Shown here: positions 1 to 10,920 of the stretch, piece by piece
How positions within the stretch are numbered: the stretch's first letter is position 1
How the letters are laid out: every line of letters begins with the position of its first letter
Assembly (NCBI GenBank): GCA_022763105.1
Contig: JALEGK010000020.1
Span: forward strand, 492 to 64,491
Direction of reading: 5' to 3'
Source: Rickettsiales bacterium
GTDB lineage: Bacteria > Pseudomonadota > Alphaproteobacteria > Rickettsiales > UBA3002
Length of the DNA: 64,000 bases
Program-made: the position numbers and the translations under genes
Notes under the pieces: model-generated
Seen by the model: only the letters and a program-made list of their open reading frames with translations
Databases searched by the model: none
Told to the model about the DNA's origin: nothing

Positions 1-1
1 A

Positions 2-604
2 TCCTCTGCTGCGATTTATGGAAATCCGGATTTTTCGCATCTTCCGATTAAAGAATCGACGCCATCCAAGCCTCTTACACCATATGGGGCGGATAAACGC
101 TCAATGGAGCTTTATGCGGCGGTGGCGCGCTCCATGTTCAATATTCCGACGTTATCTTTAAGGTTTTTCAATGTGTTCGGGCCAAGACAAGACCCTCATT
201 CGCCCTATTCTGGCGTAATCTCAGTCTTTGCTCAGCGCATTAGTAACGATCAAACCATTAAGATCTTTGGTGATGGCACCCAAACGCGTGATTTTATTTA
301 TGTTTCTGATGTGGCTCAGCAATTAATGAGGGCGATCAGGCGCTTAGAGGAGGGCGTTACTGGCGATGTGCAGGCGGTCAATATCTGTACGGGAAAAGCT
401 ATTTCTATCAATAAGTTGGCTGAGACGATTGGCATGATCGCTGGCAAAGAGAATTATAAGAAACAACATGTTGACCCTCGTCCTGGTGATATTCATCAAT
501 CGGTGGGGGACGTGACACTTGCTAAAGAAGGCTTTGGTATGAAGGTGATGACCTCTTTTGATGAGGGGCTTAAGCAGACCCTTCAATGGCTTAAAGAGGC
601 ATGA
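2..604 (+). CDS. NAD-dependent sugar epimerase/dehydratase (extended SDR), C-terminal part; 5' end outside window
   Basis: Frame is open from the window edge (SSAAIYGNP...PLTPYGADKRSMELY, the catalytic YxxxK region). It continues into track ORF 104..604 (FFNVFGPRQDP, ICTG). Stop at 602-604. Confidence 0.8.
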   Translation, partial: SSAAIYGNPDFSHLPIKESTPSKPLTPYGADKRSMELYAAVARSMFNIPTLSLRFFNVFGPRQDPHSPYSGVISVFAQRISNDQTIKIFGDGTQTRDFIYVSDVAQQLMRAIRRLEEGVTGDVQAVNICTGKAISINKLAETIGMIAGKENYKKQHVDPRPGDIHQSVGDVTLAKEGFGMKVMTSFDEGLKQTLQWLKEA

Positions 605-664
605 ATGCTGGCACGGTTTGTGCATATTTCCCACATAATCGATTACTAGACGAGGAGCAGACCG

Positions 665-1444
665 ATGAGTGCACAGCTATCTTTAGAGCAGTATGAGCGT
701 ATTAATCCTGCGCTTACTGTAAACCATAATGGGCAACAGGTTCATTACGGAACCCCTAACTCTATGACCGCTTGGCGGGTTAAATCCATCTTTGATAAAG
801 AGCCGGATACGATGGCATGGCTGGAGACATTTACAGCCGATGATATCATGCTGGATGTGGGTGCTAATGTCGGTATGTACTCGATTTGGGCGGCAAAAAT
901 TGCCGGAACGCGCGTTTTTGCGTTTGAACCAGAATCTCAAAATTTCGCGCAGCTATGTCGTAACATTGCTCTGAATCAGCTAGATAATATGGTGACGGCC
1001 TACTGCTTGGCGCTCAGCGATGAAACAAAGCTCGATATTTTACATTTAAGCCAATTTGCTATCGGTGGGTCGTGCCACAGCTTTAAAGATTGTGTTGATT
1101 TTCACCTGAAAGAACGTGGAACAGCTTTTGAGCAAGGTTGCTTTGCCATGAGTTATGATCAATTGATTGCAGAGCAAGACATGCCGGTTCCAACACGCAT
1201 CAAAATTGATGTAGATGGGATTGAGCACAAAGTGATTGCTGGTTTGCAGAATACGTTGGAAAATTCTGTTGTTAAAGATGTCTTGATCGAAATCAATACC
1301 AATATCGAAGAGCATGCTAGCTTGATCGAGCATATGCGATCTTTGAACTTTGAATATGATGAGGAAGACACCAATAAATATATTCGTAAAGAAGGCGCAT
1401 TTACTGGTGTTGGTAACTTTATCTTTAAACGGAGCGAAACCTAA
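665..1444 (+). CDS. FkbM-family SAM-dependent methyltransferase
   Basis: 259 aa. DVGANVGMYS glycine-rich SAM motif, FAFEPESQNF and IKIDVDGIE match the typical FkbM methyltransferase layout. Confidence 0.75.
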   Translation: MSAQLSLEQYERINPALTVNHNGQQVHYGTPNSMTAWRVKSIFDKEPDTMAWLETFTADDIMLDVGANVGMYSIWAAKIAGTRVFAFEPESQNFAQLCRNIALNQLDNMVTAYCLALSDETKLDILHLSQFAIGGSCHSFKDCVDFHLKERGTAFEQGCFAMSYDQLIAEQDMPVPTRIKIDVDGIEHKVIAGLQNTLENSVVKDVLIEINTNIEEHASLIEHMRSLNFEYDEEDTNKYIRKEGAFTGVGNFIFKRSET

Positions 1445-2184
1445 TGACCCCTGAACTTCAGCAAGAAATTTTGTATAGCATGTTGCGAAGCCCGTTTAGG
1501 GAGTATCCAAGTCCTCATTTTTTCTCTGAATCGGTTTTTCCCGAAGCTTTTTATGACGAGCTGCTTGAGAATCTGCCAGCTGACGATGAGTATTCTGGCA
1601 TTTATGAGCTTGGCCGTATTACCAACCCTGATAATCGGCCTGAAACACGCTATGTGTTTTCATTGAGCGATGATGTCGACAAGCTGGAAGGCAAGAAGCA
1701 TGAATTCTGGAGCAATATGGCAGGGCTAATGTTGGGTAAGCATTTCTTTGAAGCAGCGACGCGTAAATACATGCCTTACATTGTGCAACGATTCGGTAAT
1801 ACGATTAATAACTATAGTTTTAAAACCAAATGCGAGCTTTTCAGAGATGTGGAAGGCTATCACGTTGGGCCTCATACTGATCATAAGGCGCGATTGCTGA
1901 ATCTATTCTTCTATTTGCCTGAGGATGATTCTCGTGAGCATATGGGAACTAGTTTTTATGTCCCTAGAGATTTGAATCAATCATTCAATCATGCGCATCA
2001 TAATAGCTACGAAGATTTCATTAAGGTCGCAACGGCACCGTATAAACGTAATTGTGGTGCTGGCTTTATACGAACTGATCATTCTTTCCATGGCGTGGAG
2101 CCATTGACGGAGAAGGGTTATAAGCGCAATGCGTTAGCCTTCATGATCATGGTAGAGCCTAGGAACCCTCAAGTCGCTATGTAG
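1444..2184 (+). CDS. Hypothetical protein, possibly 2OG-Fe(II) oxygenase/cupin-like
   Basis: 246 aa. The start overlaps the upstream stop (TAATG at 1442-1446). GPHTDH ... SFHGVEP resembles an HxD...H facial triad. Family assignment is by eye only. Confidence 0.5.
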   Translation: MTPELQQEILYSMLRSPFREYPSPHFFSESVFPEAFYDELLENLPADDEYSGIYELGRITNPDNRPETRYVFSLSDDVDKLEGKKHEFWSNMAGLMLGKHFFEAATRKYMPYIVQRFGNTINNYSFKTKCELFRDVEGYHVGPHTDHKARLLNLFFYLPEDDSREHMGTSFYVPRDLNQSFNHAHHNSYEDFIKVATAPYKRNCGAGFIRTDHSFHGVEPLTEKGYKRNALAFMIMVEPRNPQVAM

Positions 2185-3022
2185 TTAGCTGCGTGTGATG
2201 GTGGGTAAGGTGTTTATCCATAAAACTTTGGATGAAGAAATACCCGTGATCGTATCCTTCATGCTTTTGCAGTGAAAGTGGGTGCCCCACTTGCTTACAT
2301 GCCTGTTCGAATGTATCTGGAAATAGCTGATGGCTTAAGAAGCTATCTGCCAACCCCTGATCAATTACAATAGGTGCGCGTTGATCTGTCGCTATATCTG
2401 ATTGCAGCATTAACTCGCTTGCATCATGTGCAGACCAATTCGTGCGATCATCTCCGAGATAGGCGCTGAACACTTTCTCGCCCCAAGGACATTGGGTGGG
2501 AGCACAGATAGGGGCGAAGGCAGAAACTGATTTGAATAGCTCAGGGTATTTGAGGTGCAGGGTGAGCGCACCGTGGCCGCCCATGGAATGTCCAAAGATG
2601 CCTATTTTGTTTTTTGCGATTGGGAATTCCGCTAGAACTAATTGATAGAGTTCTTTGGCGATGTAATCTTCCATCTGGTAATGCGCGGCCCACGGCTCTT
2701 GCGTGGCGTTGATATAAAAGCCAGCGCCTTTACCTATGTCGTATCCTTCTGCATCTGCGACATCATCGCCGCGAGGTGATGTATCAGGTGCAATGAGAAT
2801 AAGGCCAAGCTCCGCGGCCATTTTGTAGGCGTTGGCTTTGGTCGTGAAATTTTCTTCGGTGCAGGTGAGTCCTGCGAGATAGAAAAGGGCAGGGCACGGG
2901 CTCTTCTCTGCTTGAGGTGGCAGGAAGATGGTGAATGTCATGGTGCAATTAGTGGTTGCAGCTTCATGCTCACAATAGATGATTTTGCCGCTGTGGCAGA
3001 GATGGGTAGCGTTTTCTTTCAT
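2177..3022 (-). CDS. fghA: S-formylglutathione hydrolase (esterase D / FrmB family)
   Basis: 281 aa from ATG 3022; the track ORF 2177..3091 carries an in-frame upstream extension that overlaps adhC. GHSMGGHGAL nucleophile elbow. The start lies 1 nt after the adhC stop, giving an adhC-fghA operon. Confidence 0.9.
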   Translation of the reverse strand: MKENATHLCHSGKIIYCEHEAATTNCTMTFTIFLPPQAEKSPCPALFYLAGLTCTEENFTTKANAYKMAAELGLILIAPDTSPRGDDVADAEGYDIGKGAGFYINATQEPWAAHYQMEDYIAKELYQLVLAEFPIAKNKIGIFGHSMGGHGALTLHLKYPELFKSVSAFAPICAPTQCPWGEKVFSAYLGDDRTNWSAHDASELMLQSDIATDQRAPIVIDQGLADSFLSHQLFPDTFEQACKQVGHPLSLQKHEGYDHGYFFIQSFMDKHLTHHHTQLTT

Positions 3023-3023
3023 G

Positions 3024-4130
3024 CTAGTACACGACCACGCTACGGATGCTCTCACCTTCCTGCATGAGATCAAATGCTTTGTTGATGTCATCTAACGGCA
3101 TGGTGTGGGTGATGAGTGAATCGATATCGATTTTACCATCCATATACCAATCGACGATTTTGGGCACATCGGTTCGGCCTCTGGCACCACCGAATGCAGA
3201 GCCGCGCCAGACGCGACCGGTGACGAGCTGGAACGGACGGGTGCTGATTTCTTTGCCGGCACCCGCGACGCCGATGATAATGCTTTCGCCCCAACCTTTG
3301 TGGCAGCATTCGAGCGCTTGGCGCATCAGGTCGGTATTGCCGACACATTCAAAGCTATAGTCGGCCCCGCCATCGGTGAGGTCTAAAATGGCTTCGACGA
3401 CTTGCGGCGTTTCTTTTGGGTTGATGAAATCAGTCATGCCGAATTTGCGGGCGATCTCGACTTTATCGGGGTTGATGTCGATGCCGATGATTTTATCGGC
3501 TCCTACCATTTTTGCGCCCTGTATAACGTTCAGGCCAATGCCGCCCAGTCCAAATACGACGACATTTGAACCCGGCTCGACTTTGGCATCGAATACGACA
3601 GCGCCGACGCCAGTGGTGACACCGCAGCCGATATAGCATGATTTATCAAACGGTGCGTCTTTGCGGATTTTGGCAAGTGCAATCTCTGGCAGCACCGTGA
3701 AGTTTGAGAAGGTCGAGCAGCCCATATAATGCAGGATAGGTTCGCCATTAAGCGAGAAGCGGCTAGAGCCGTCTGGCATCACACCTTGACCTTGCGTCGA
3801 ACGGATCGATTGGCAGAGGTTGGTTTTTGGGTTGAGGCAGAAATTACATTCACGGCATTCTGGGGTGTAGAGTGGAATGACATGGTCACCGACCTCTACG
3901 GAGGTAACGCCCGCACCAATCTCAACGACTACACCTGCCCCCTCATGCCCTAAAATGGCAGGGAATGCTCCTTCTGGGTCTTCACCGCTGAGGGTGAATG
4001 CGTCAGTATGGCACACGCCGGTTGCCTTGATTTCGACTAACACTTCTCCGGCTTTTGGGCCTTCTAGATCAACGGTTTCGATAGAGAGTGGTGCTCCGGC
4101 TTTGGTGGCAATAGCAGCGCGGGTTTTCAT
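3024..4130 (-). CDS. adhC: S-(hydroxymethyl)glutathione dehydrogenase / class III alcohol dehydrogenase
   Basis: 368 aa from ATG 4130, preceded by GGAGG (complement of 4136-4140). [25 protein letters not shown], and GLGGIG Rossmann motif. Confidence 0.92.
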   Translation of the reverse strand: MKTRAAIATKAGAPLSIETVDLEGPKAGEVLVEIKATGVCHTDAFTLSGEDPEGAFPAILGHEGAGVVVEIGAGVTSVEVGDHVIPLYTPECRECNFCLNPKTNLCQSIRSTQGQGVMPDGSSRFSLNGEPILHYMGCSTFSNFTVLPEIALAKIRKDAPFDKSCYIGCGVTTGVGAVVFDAKVEPGSNVVVFGLGGIGLNVIQGAKMVGADKIIGIDINPDKVEIARKFGMTDFINPKETPQVVEAILDLTDGGADYSFECVGNTDLMRQALECCHKGWGESIIIGVAGAGKEISTRPFQLVTGRVWRGSAFGGARGRTDVPKIVDWYMDGKIDIDSLITHTMPLDDINKAFDLMQEGESIRSVVVY

Positions 4131-4410
4131 GAAGGCCTCCTTAAACATGTTTGGCATTGATGTAGTGGCTTTGCCGATCAGAAACAAGCGTTCTGTTCAA
4201 TAAGATTAGGGTATTCTTAGGGTTTTTAGTTGTGGCTTTTGGGCAGATTTGTTGCATTCATGTCATTATGAATCCGTAACAACACGCTCTGAGCCTTTCT
4301 TAGCTCTGTCCCAAAAATAATGTCATTTTTTTAATGATTTCAAAGGGCATCTTACTATAATCCCATCCCAGTATATTCGCACAATAGTCTAGATAAAAAG
4401 GAAACATCTT

Positions 4411-7400
4411 ATGACTACACTCACCTCCGGAAATGACATCCAAGATTCTTCTGCTGAAACTGACCCGCTAGATATCACTGCTGATGCAGGCGATGATAGC
4501 GTGGTTGCTGGCTCTGGCGATGACCGCCTGCTAGGTAGTGAAGGTAACGACACTTTGCTAGGTGGCGAAGGCAGCGACACCATCTTTGGTAATGACGGTT
4601 CTGACGCATCAGGTTCTGATGATGACGTGCTTTATGGTGGTAACGGCAATGACTCTGTAGCTGGTGACGGTGGTGCAGACATCATTTACGGTGGTGACGG
4701 TATTGTAGATACAGATGATGGTGATGATACGCTTCGCGGCGGTACCGGCAATGACTCGATTCTGGGTAACGCAGGTGATGATGAGATTACCGGTAATAAC
4801 GGTGCTGACACCATTTATGGTGGTGCTGGTAACAACCTGATCTATGGTGGTAACGACGCTGACGGTGCAGGCGATGGTAGCGACCTAATCTATGGTGGTA
4901 CCGGAACGGACACTGTATATGGTGGTGAAGGTGATGACACCATTTTCGGTGGTGGCGGTCCAACCGCTCCAACCGATACGAACGATCAGCTATATGGTGG
5001 TGCTGGTAATGATGCGATTTACGGTAACGGTGGTGCTGACATCATTGATGGTGGTGCTGGTAACGACACGATCTATGGTGGTATTGGTGCGGATACCCTG
5101 ACTGGTGGTGCTGGTAACGATACCTTCTTCTTCTTTGATGGTGACACCACAGAAAACAAGGTGATTACGGATTTCGATGTGGATGAGGATTCGATCGGTA
5201 TTACCTCTAGCACGATTACAAGCACGAGCCAGATTGTGGTTTCTGAGGAAGCTAGCTCTGCACTTGCAGCCCCTGGCGATGTAACTATTACCATTGGTGG
5301 CATTACGCTAACATTGAATGGCGTTACTACGAGTCAGTTTAACGCGGTATTCGGCAGTAATCCTGGCAATCTATTTGGCTTCAACACTCCAGGTACGACG
5401 CCAACTGGCGGTACCAATACCGGCGGTTCTGGTTCTGATACCACGTCTGGCGGCGACGACACCACCTCTGGTGGCGGCGGCGGTGGTGGCGGCGGTGGTG
5501 GCGGCGGAGGTTCTACCTCTGTAACCCGTACCTTCACTGCAACGGCTGGTGAGACCCTAACCGGTGGTAGCGGTGCTGATTTCTTTGATGGCACGGCTGC
5601 AAATATTCAGGCAACTGACGTAGTTAACGGTGGTAGCGGTGCTGACATCGTGCGTTTGTATGGTGGTGGTAACTTTGATATCTCTGGTGTTACGTTAAAC
5701 TCCATCTCTGCTGTTCGTGAATCTGATGATGCTGCGGTGACGATTACTGCTGGTACCTTCAACGGTGATGTTGTTGGTGGTGGTGCTGCTGACACCTTTG
5801 TGTATGCACTCAGCGAACTAAGTAACTCTGATCTTATCACCGGTGGTGGTGGTACCGATACGCTGAACATTACCGGTGGTGGTACGATTGATCTGGGTAC
5901 GGCAGGAAGTAACGTATCTGGCGTTGAGTTGCTAACACTTGGTGCTGCAACGACCCTGACCGCAGGTGATGATACCTACACGATTACCGGTTCTGCTGGT
6001 AACGATCAATTCAACTACACCGCAGCTCGTATGACCTCTGCAGATAGCATTGATGGTAACGGTGGTGTTGATACTTTAAACATCACGGATGCTGGTTCTG
6101 CGATCGACACAACCAACGTGACCGATGTTGACAATATTAACCTGTCTAGCGCGGGCAACAACACGATCACTGCCGCGGATGACACTTACTCTCTAACGGG
6201 TGGTACCGCGAATGATCTGGTCAATGTTGCGGGTTCTGCACTTGATGGCGATGTGACCATCGACGGTAACGGTGGTACCGATACGGTGAACATTACCGGT
6301 GGTGGCGCGACTGTAGATGTGACCAATGTTGGTGACATTGATGCGATTACGTTGGCAGCGGCTACGACCATTACTGCAGGTCTAGATGATAACATTACCA
6401 TTACGGGTTCTACCGGTAATGACGAGTTAAACTACACTGCAGCGAATCTAACCTCTGCTGATACCATTGACGGTAACGGTGGTACCGATACGATTGATGT
6501 AACCACAGTAGGTGTGGCTATCAACACGACCAACGTGTCTGACGTTGATAATCTAAATCTTGCGGATGGTGGTGCAAACACCGTGACGGTTGGTACCAAC
6601 AACTTCAATGTGACCGGTGGTGATAATGATGACACGCTGATTTATGCGGCTGGTGCACTGACCTCTGATGACACCATTGACGGTGGTGCGCATGCAGGTT
6701 CGGATACGATTAGCGTAACCGGTGCCGGTTCGATTGACCTAACCAATGTAACCAACATCGAAGCATTGGATCTGACTGCAATGACCGGTGGTATTAACCT
6801 AACGGTGAACGCATCTGACTTTGCGATTGCTGGTACGGCTAATGACGATACCATCACCTATGATGATGCGAACTTCTCTGGCGCTGACTCTGTGGATGCG
6901 AATGCAGGCGATGATACATTGATTATCAATGATGCTAACAATGGTGGCTTTACACTGGATGCAACCAACCTTGATGGTACCAACACCCGTGAGATCGAAA
7001 ATATCGAACTTGGCGGTACTGGTGGTGCTAACATCACGCTGGTGGATGCGTTTGTTTCTACCGCGACAGGTACGAATGTAGATCTGAGCCTGGGTAGCCA
7101 AAACATCAACCTAGATACCGATGGTCTAACTGGTGCGAACACCGTGGATATTACTGGTGCAGGTTCAAACGTGATCACATTGACGGGTACGAATAACGCC
7201 AATATCAACCTGCTAGACGGGTTTAGCAGTAAAGTGATCTTGGCGAACGGTTCTAACGATGAAGTGACCGATGGCAATGGTAACGTGACTGTTACTGCCG
7301 ATGATGATGCGCGTTTGGATACCAACGATTCTATCGATGGTGGAACCGGAACGGATGTGCTTCAGCTAACCGATAGCGGCACGAACGGTATTTCCATTAC

Positions 7401-10400
7401 TGGTGCTGTGTTTGATGGTACGGGCGTAGACAGCTTCGAGCGTATCGAATTGTCTGGTACCGCTGGTCAAACCAACAATGTTGAGCTGGTCGATGGTTAT
7501 GTCACCACGACCACCAGTAACTCTGTGACTGTTGATCTTGGTGGTGCACTAGACATCGATGAGCTTGTGACCGTTGGTGTTACCGGTAGCGTTGTGCTTA
7601 GCGATGACACTGATGGTACCGTAGACGCCGCTACGGGTAACGGTAACAATGCCAACATTCAGGTGTTGGCTGGTGATGTGCTGAACGTAACGCTTGGCTC
7701 TGGTGCGAACACCATTGCTGGTAACGATCAGGATGATACCTTCACTGTTCAAGATAACCAGTTGGCTGCTACTGACAGCATCTCTGGTTCGACCGAAAGC
7801 ACCGAAGATACGCTTGTGATTACTGGTGCTAACGGTAACGTCGACTTCAGCGTAGCAACCAATGTTTCTGGCTTTGAAGTGATTGAGATTACCGCTGACC
7901 GTATTACAGGTACAGATACATTGCTTATCACTGATGCGTTGGTTGACTCTGCAACCGGTGATAGCATTGATATCCGCACCTCAGGTGCAGGTACCGTTTT
8001 TGACCTTGATACCACCAATGTAAACTCTGCTCGCTCTGTTGTGATTGATACGGGCGATGCCGTGGAGTTGGCAGATGGTGCAGGTAACAAAGTGTTCGCT
8101 GGTGCAGGTAACGATGTTGATATTACTGGTGGTTCTGGTGATGACACGATTTCTGTGGCTGATGCTGATCTGACAACCGATGATTCCATTGATGGTGGAA
8201 CCGGCGATGACGATACCTTGGCTATCACCGGTGCTGCGGTTACCTTGACTGCGGGTGAGCAAACCAATGTAGACGGCATTGAAGTGCTTTCATTTGATGC
8301 TGGTACTCATGTGATCAATGTTCAGGATGCTACGGTAACGGATGCTTCTGCGGATGCGCATGGCGCTGCATTGAACGGCCAGCAGGTTGTCTCTATCCTA
8401 GGTAATGGCTCGACCCTGAATCTGGATGCGAGCAACGTAACCACTGCAGGTAACTATGTTAAAGTCGGTGAAACCAGCGATACGGTGAATCTGACAGCAG
8501 CGGCAACGAATATCTTTACCGCAACCGGTAACAACAATATTACTGGTAATGCAGCGGCTGGCGATACCATTTACTCTGCTAATGGTTTGCTAGATACCAA
8601 CGATACCATTGATGCAGGTGCATCAACGGGTGATGCGTTGATCTTCTTAGATGCTACCACGATTGATACGGGTGACATTGCTAACGTAGGCGGCTTCGAG
8701 CAGTTATTCTTTGCGGCTGATGGTAACGCTGTCACGTTGACCAGCGCGTTTGTCGATGACACGAACGGCTTGAACGTTTCGGCTGTGACTAACACGCATG
8801 ATATCGATCTGGATCTGACCGAGCTGGCGACCGAGATCGTTGGTACGGTAACCGAGCTGGTGACCTTAACCGATGATGCAGGTGATATTGGCGAAGTGAC
8901 CATGCTTGGTGGTGCTTCTGAAGTGAACATTCTTCGTATCGAAGATATGACTCAGAACGTCAGTGTTGCCGGTGGTGATGCTGATGACATCTATGTCTTT
9001 GATGCCATCACGCAACTAGATACCAATGATGCGATTACCGGTGGTAACGGTACCGATGCTGCGGTCTTCACCGCAACTGGCGTGACGATGGACCTAAATG
9101 CAGACTTTAACGCCTTTACTGGTGCTGGTTTTGAAAACCTGATCTTCACCGGAACCGGTGCGAATGTGACGGCTGTCGATAACAGCGCTGAGAATGCCGC
9201 GGGCCTAACGCTTGTTGCTGCTGAGGGTATTGATAGTGTTACCACTGGCGCAAACGCGGTTGGCTTACTATCGTTGGATACGACCGATGGTGTGATTCTG
9301 GCGAATGGTAGTGATAACAATGTGACCATTGCTGATCTGAACACCACATTGGCGGGTGGCGATGATACCACCACGGGTGGCGCATCTCGCATTCTGGATA
9401 TTAGCGGTTATGTGGGTACGAAAGTAACCTCAGGTACTGGTGATGACACGATTATCGGTGGTACCGGTGCTGATACCATTATCGCAGGTGCGGCAGCAGC
9501 CGGTACTGGCCACGAACGCTTCTATGGTGGTGCGGGTAACGATGTGATTACTCTGATCACTGGTGCTGCGGATGGTAACGCAACCATTCAAGGTGATGCA
9601 GGTGACGATACTATTACGGCGCTAGATGAGCACATCAATAACACGGTGACCATCGGTGGTGGTGCTGATAGTGATGTGCTTGCAATCACTGATGATCTGG
9701 ATGCTCAGTCAGCAGACTGGGGTGAAGTGACCGGTTTTGAGCGTATCGAGCTAAACAACGCTACCAACACTCAGCTGATTTTGGGTGCGGGTGATGCAGC
9801 AGCCGTTTCTGGTGCGATCAATACACTTGTGATCGACTCTAACGGTAATGCAGTGTCTAGCTTACGTATTGCTGATGGCGGCGCAACCGTTGCTGGCGGT
9901 GTGAATGCAACGCTAGATGGTGCAGTAACCAACAACTTTACAGTGACTGATGGTAGTACGCTGGATATTGCTTCTACCGGTGGTAACGACACCATTACTG
10001 GTTCGGGTGCATTCGCTGATACTTGGACGATTCTGGAAGCGAATCTGGCAGCAACTGACCAGCTAAACTTCGGTGACGGTACCGATAAACTGATCATCGA
10101 TGAGAGCGGTGGTAACGGTATTACCTTTGCCGATGCTCTGGGTACGGTTGCTGGTAATCTGGAAGAGATTGAAGTGGGTACGATTACCGCTGGTCAAACC
10201 TCTACCTTCACCTTCGAGACCAATGCAGATACCTTTATCGGTGCTGGTAACAGCATCATTCTGGATATCAATGGTCAGGAAGTGAGCGGCTTTACGGTTG
10301 ATACTTCTAACCTGTCTTCTGATCGTACGGTCTACCTATCGGATAACACCGGTCAGGCTGATGTGACGCTGGATAACACTGCGGATAACGCCTCTGGTTC

Positions 10401-10920
10401 TCGCGTTGCTATCTCTGATGGTACCGATGGTAACATCACTGGTAGCGCAGAAGATGATACCATTATCGGTGGTGACGGTGACGACACCATGGTTGGTGGC
10501 GACGGTGATGATAGCTTGATCGGTGGTGCCGGTCAGGATTCCTTCACCGGTGGTAACGGTAACGATGAGTATGTTGTGAATGATCTGTCTGAGATTATTG
10601 TGACTGACTTCAAAGTAGCGGGTGCAGATAAGATTACCTTCTCTGACGCTGTCTTTGATTTCAACGCAGCATTCCCAGGTCTGGCGTTCACCGCGTCTGA
10701 TATCACGGCTGTAACCACGTTCGATAGTGGTGCACAAGACTTCACGGATAACATCGCACCAGGTAGTGTTCCGGTGACGACCAACTTCCTATTCGATGTA
10801 GCGGATAAAGAAGTTTGGTACGATGCAACGCCTCTAGTGGCGGGTGGTGAAGTGTTAGTTGTGACCATCGAGAATGGTTCTTACAGCTTCTCTGCTGCTG
10901 ACTTCGCGGCTGTTGCATAA
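4411..10920 (+). CDS. Giant acidic RTX-type (hemolysin-type Ca-binding repeat) repeat protein; putative T1SS-secreted adhesin/surface protein
   Basis: 2169 aa. There is no N-terminal signal peptide. GGxGxD nonapeptide runs occur at the N-terminus (LLGSEGNDTLLGGEGSDTIFG...) and near the C-terminus (IIGGDGDDTMVGGDGDDSLIGGAGQDSFTGGNGND). The core is built of roughly 70-aa units with recurring IDGNGGTDT and TNV(T/S)D(V/I)DN(I/L)NL motifs. A 14-Gly tract is present. RBS AAGGA lies upstream of ATG 4411. Confidence 0.85.
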   Translation: MTTLTSGNDIQDSSAETDPLDITADAGDDSVVAGSGDDRLLGSEGNDTLLGGEGSDTIFGNDGSDASGSDDDVLYGGNGNDSVAGDGGADIIYGGDGIVDTDDGDDTLRGGTGNDSILGNAGDDEITGNNGADTIYGGAGNNLIYGGNDADGAGDGSDLIYGGTGTDTVYGGEGDDTIFGGGGPTAPTDTNDQLYGGAGNDAIYGNGGADIIDGGAGNDTIYGGIGADTLTGGAGNDTFFFFDGDTTENKVITDFDVDEDSIGITSSTITSTSQIVVSEEASSALAAPGDVTITIGGITLTLNGVTTSQFNAVFGSNPGNLFGFNTPGTTPTGGTNTGGSGSDTTSGGDDTTSGGGGGGGGGGGGGGSTSVTRTFTATAGETLTGGSGADFFDGTAANIQATDVVNGGSGADIVRLYGGGNFDISGVTLNSISAVRESDDAAVTITAGTFNGDVVGGGAADTFVYALSELSNSDLITGGGGTDTLNITGGGTIDLGTAGSNVSGVELLTLGAATTLTAGDDTYTITGSAGNDQFNYTAARMTSADSIDGNGGVDTLNITDAGSAIDTTNVTDVDNINLSSAGNNTITAADDTYSLTGGTANDLVNVAGSALDGDVTIDGNGGTDTVNITGGGATVDVTNVGDIDAITLAAATTITAGLDDNITITGSTGNDELNYTAANLTSADTIDGNGGTDTIDVTTVGVAINTTNVSDVDNLNLADGGANTVTVGTNNFNVTGGDNDDTLIYAAGALTSDDTIDGGAHAGSDTISVTGAGSIDLTNVTNIEALDLTAMTGGINLTVNASDFAIAGTANDDTITYDDANFSGADSVDANAGDDTLIINDANNGGFTLDATNLDGTNTREIENIELGGTGGANITLVDAFVSTATGTNVDLSLGSQNINLDTDGLTGANTVDITGAGSNVITLTGTNNANINLLDGFSSKVILANGSNDEVTDGNGNVTVTADDDARLDTNDSIDGGTGTDVLQLTDSGTNGISITGAVFDGTGVDSFERIELSGTAGQTNNVELVDGYVTTTTSNSVTVDLGGALDIDELVTVGVTGSVVLSDDTDGTVDAATGNGNNANIQVLAGDVLNVTLGSGANTIAGNDQDDTFTVQDNQLAATDSISGSTESTEDTLVITGANGNVDFSVATNVSGFEVIEITADRITGTDTLLITDALVDSATGDSIDIRTSGAGTVFDLDTTNVNSARSVVIDTGDAVELADGAGNKVFAGAGNDVDITGGSGDDTISVADADLTTDDSIDGGTGDDDTLAITGAAVTLTAGEQTNVDGIEVLSFDAGTHVINVQDATVTDASADAHGAALNGQQVVSILGNGSTLNLDASNVTTAGNYVKVGETSDTVNLTAAATNIFTATGNNNITGNAAAGDTIYSANGLLDTNDTIDAGASTGDALIFLDATTIDTGDIANVGGFEQLFFAADGNAVTLTSAFVDDTNGLNVSAVTNTHDIDLDLTELATEIVGTVTELVTLTDDAGDIGEVTMLGGASEVNILRIEDMTQNVSVAGGDADDIYVFDAITQLDTNDAITGGNGTDAAVFTATGVTMDLNADFNAFTGAGFENLIFTGTGANVTAVDNSAENAAGLTLVAAEGIDSVTTGANAVGLLSLDTTDGVILANGSDNNVTIADLNTTLAGGDDTTTGGASRILDISGYVGTKVTSGTGDDTIIGGTGADTIIAGAAAAGTGHERFYGGAGNDVITLITGAADGNATIQGDAGDDTITALDEHINNTVTIGGGADSDVLAITDDLDAQSADWGEVTGFERIELNNATNTQLILGAGDAAAVSGAINTLVIDSNGNAVSSLRIADGGATVAGGVNATLDGAVTNNFTVTDGSTLDIASTGGNDTITGSGAFADTWTILEANLAATDQLNFGDGTDKLIIDESGGNGITFADALGTVAGNLEEIEVGTITAGQTSTFTFETNADTFIGAGNSIILDINGQEVSGFTVDTSNLSSDRTVYLSDNTGQADVTLDNTADNASGSRVAISDGTDGNITGSAEDDTIIGGDGDDTMVGGDGDDSLIGGAGQDSFTGGNGNDEYVVNDLSEIIVTDFKVAGADKITFSDAVFDFNAAFPGLAFTASDITAVTTFDSGAQDFTDNIAPGSVPVTTNFLFDVADKEVWYDATPLVAGGEVLVVTIENGSYSFSAADFAAVA

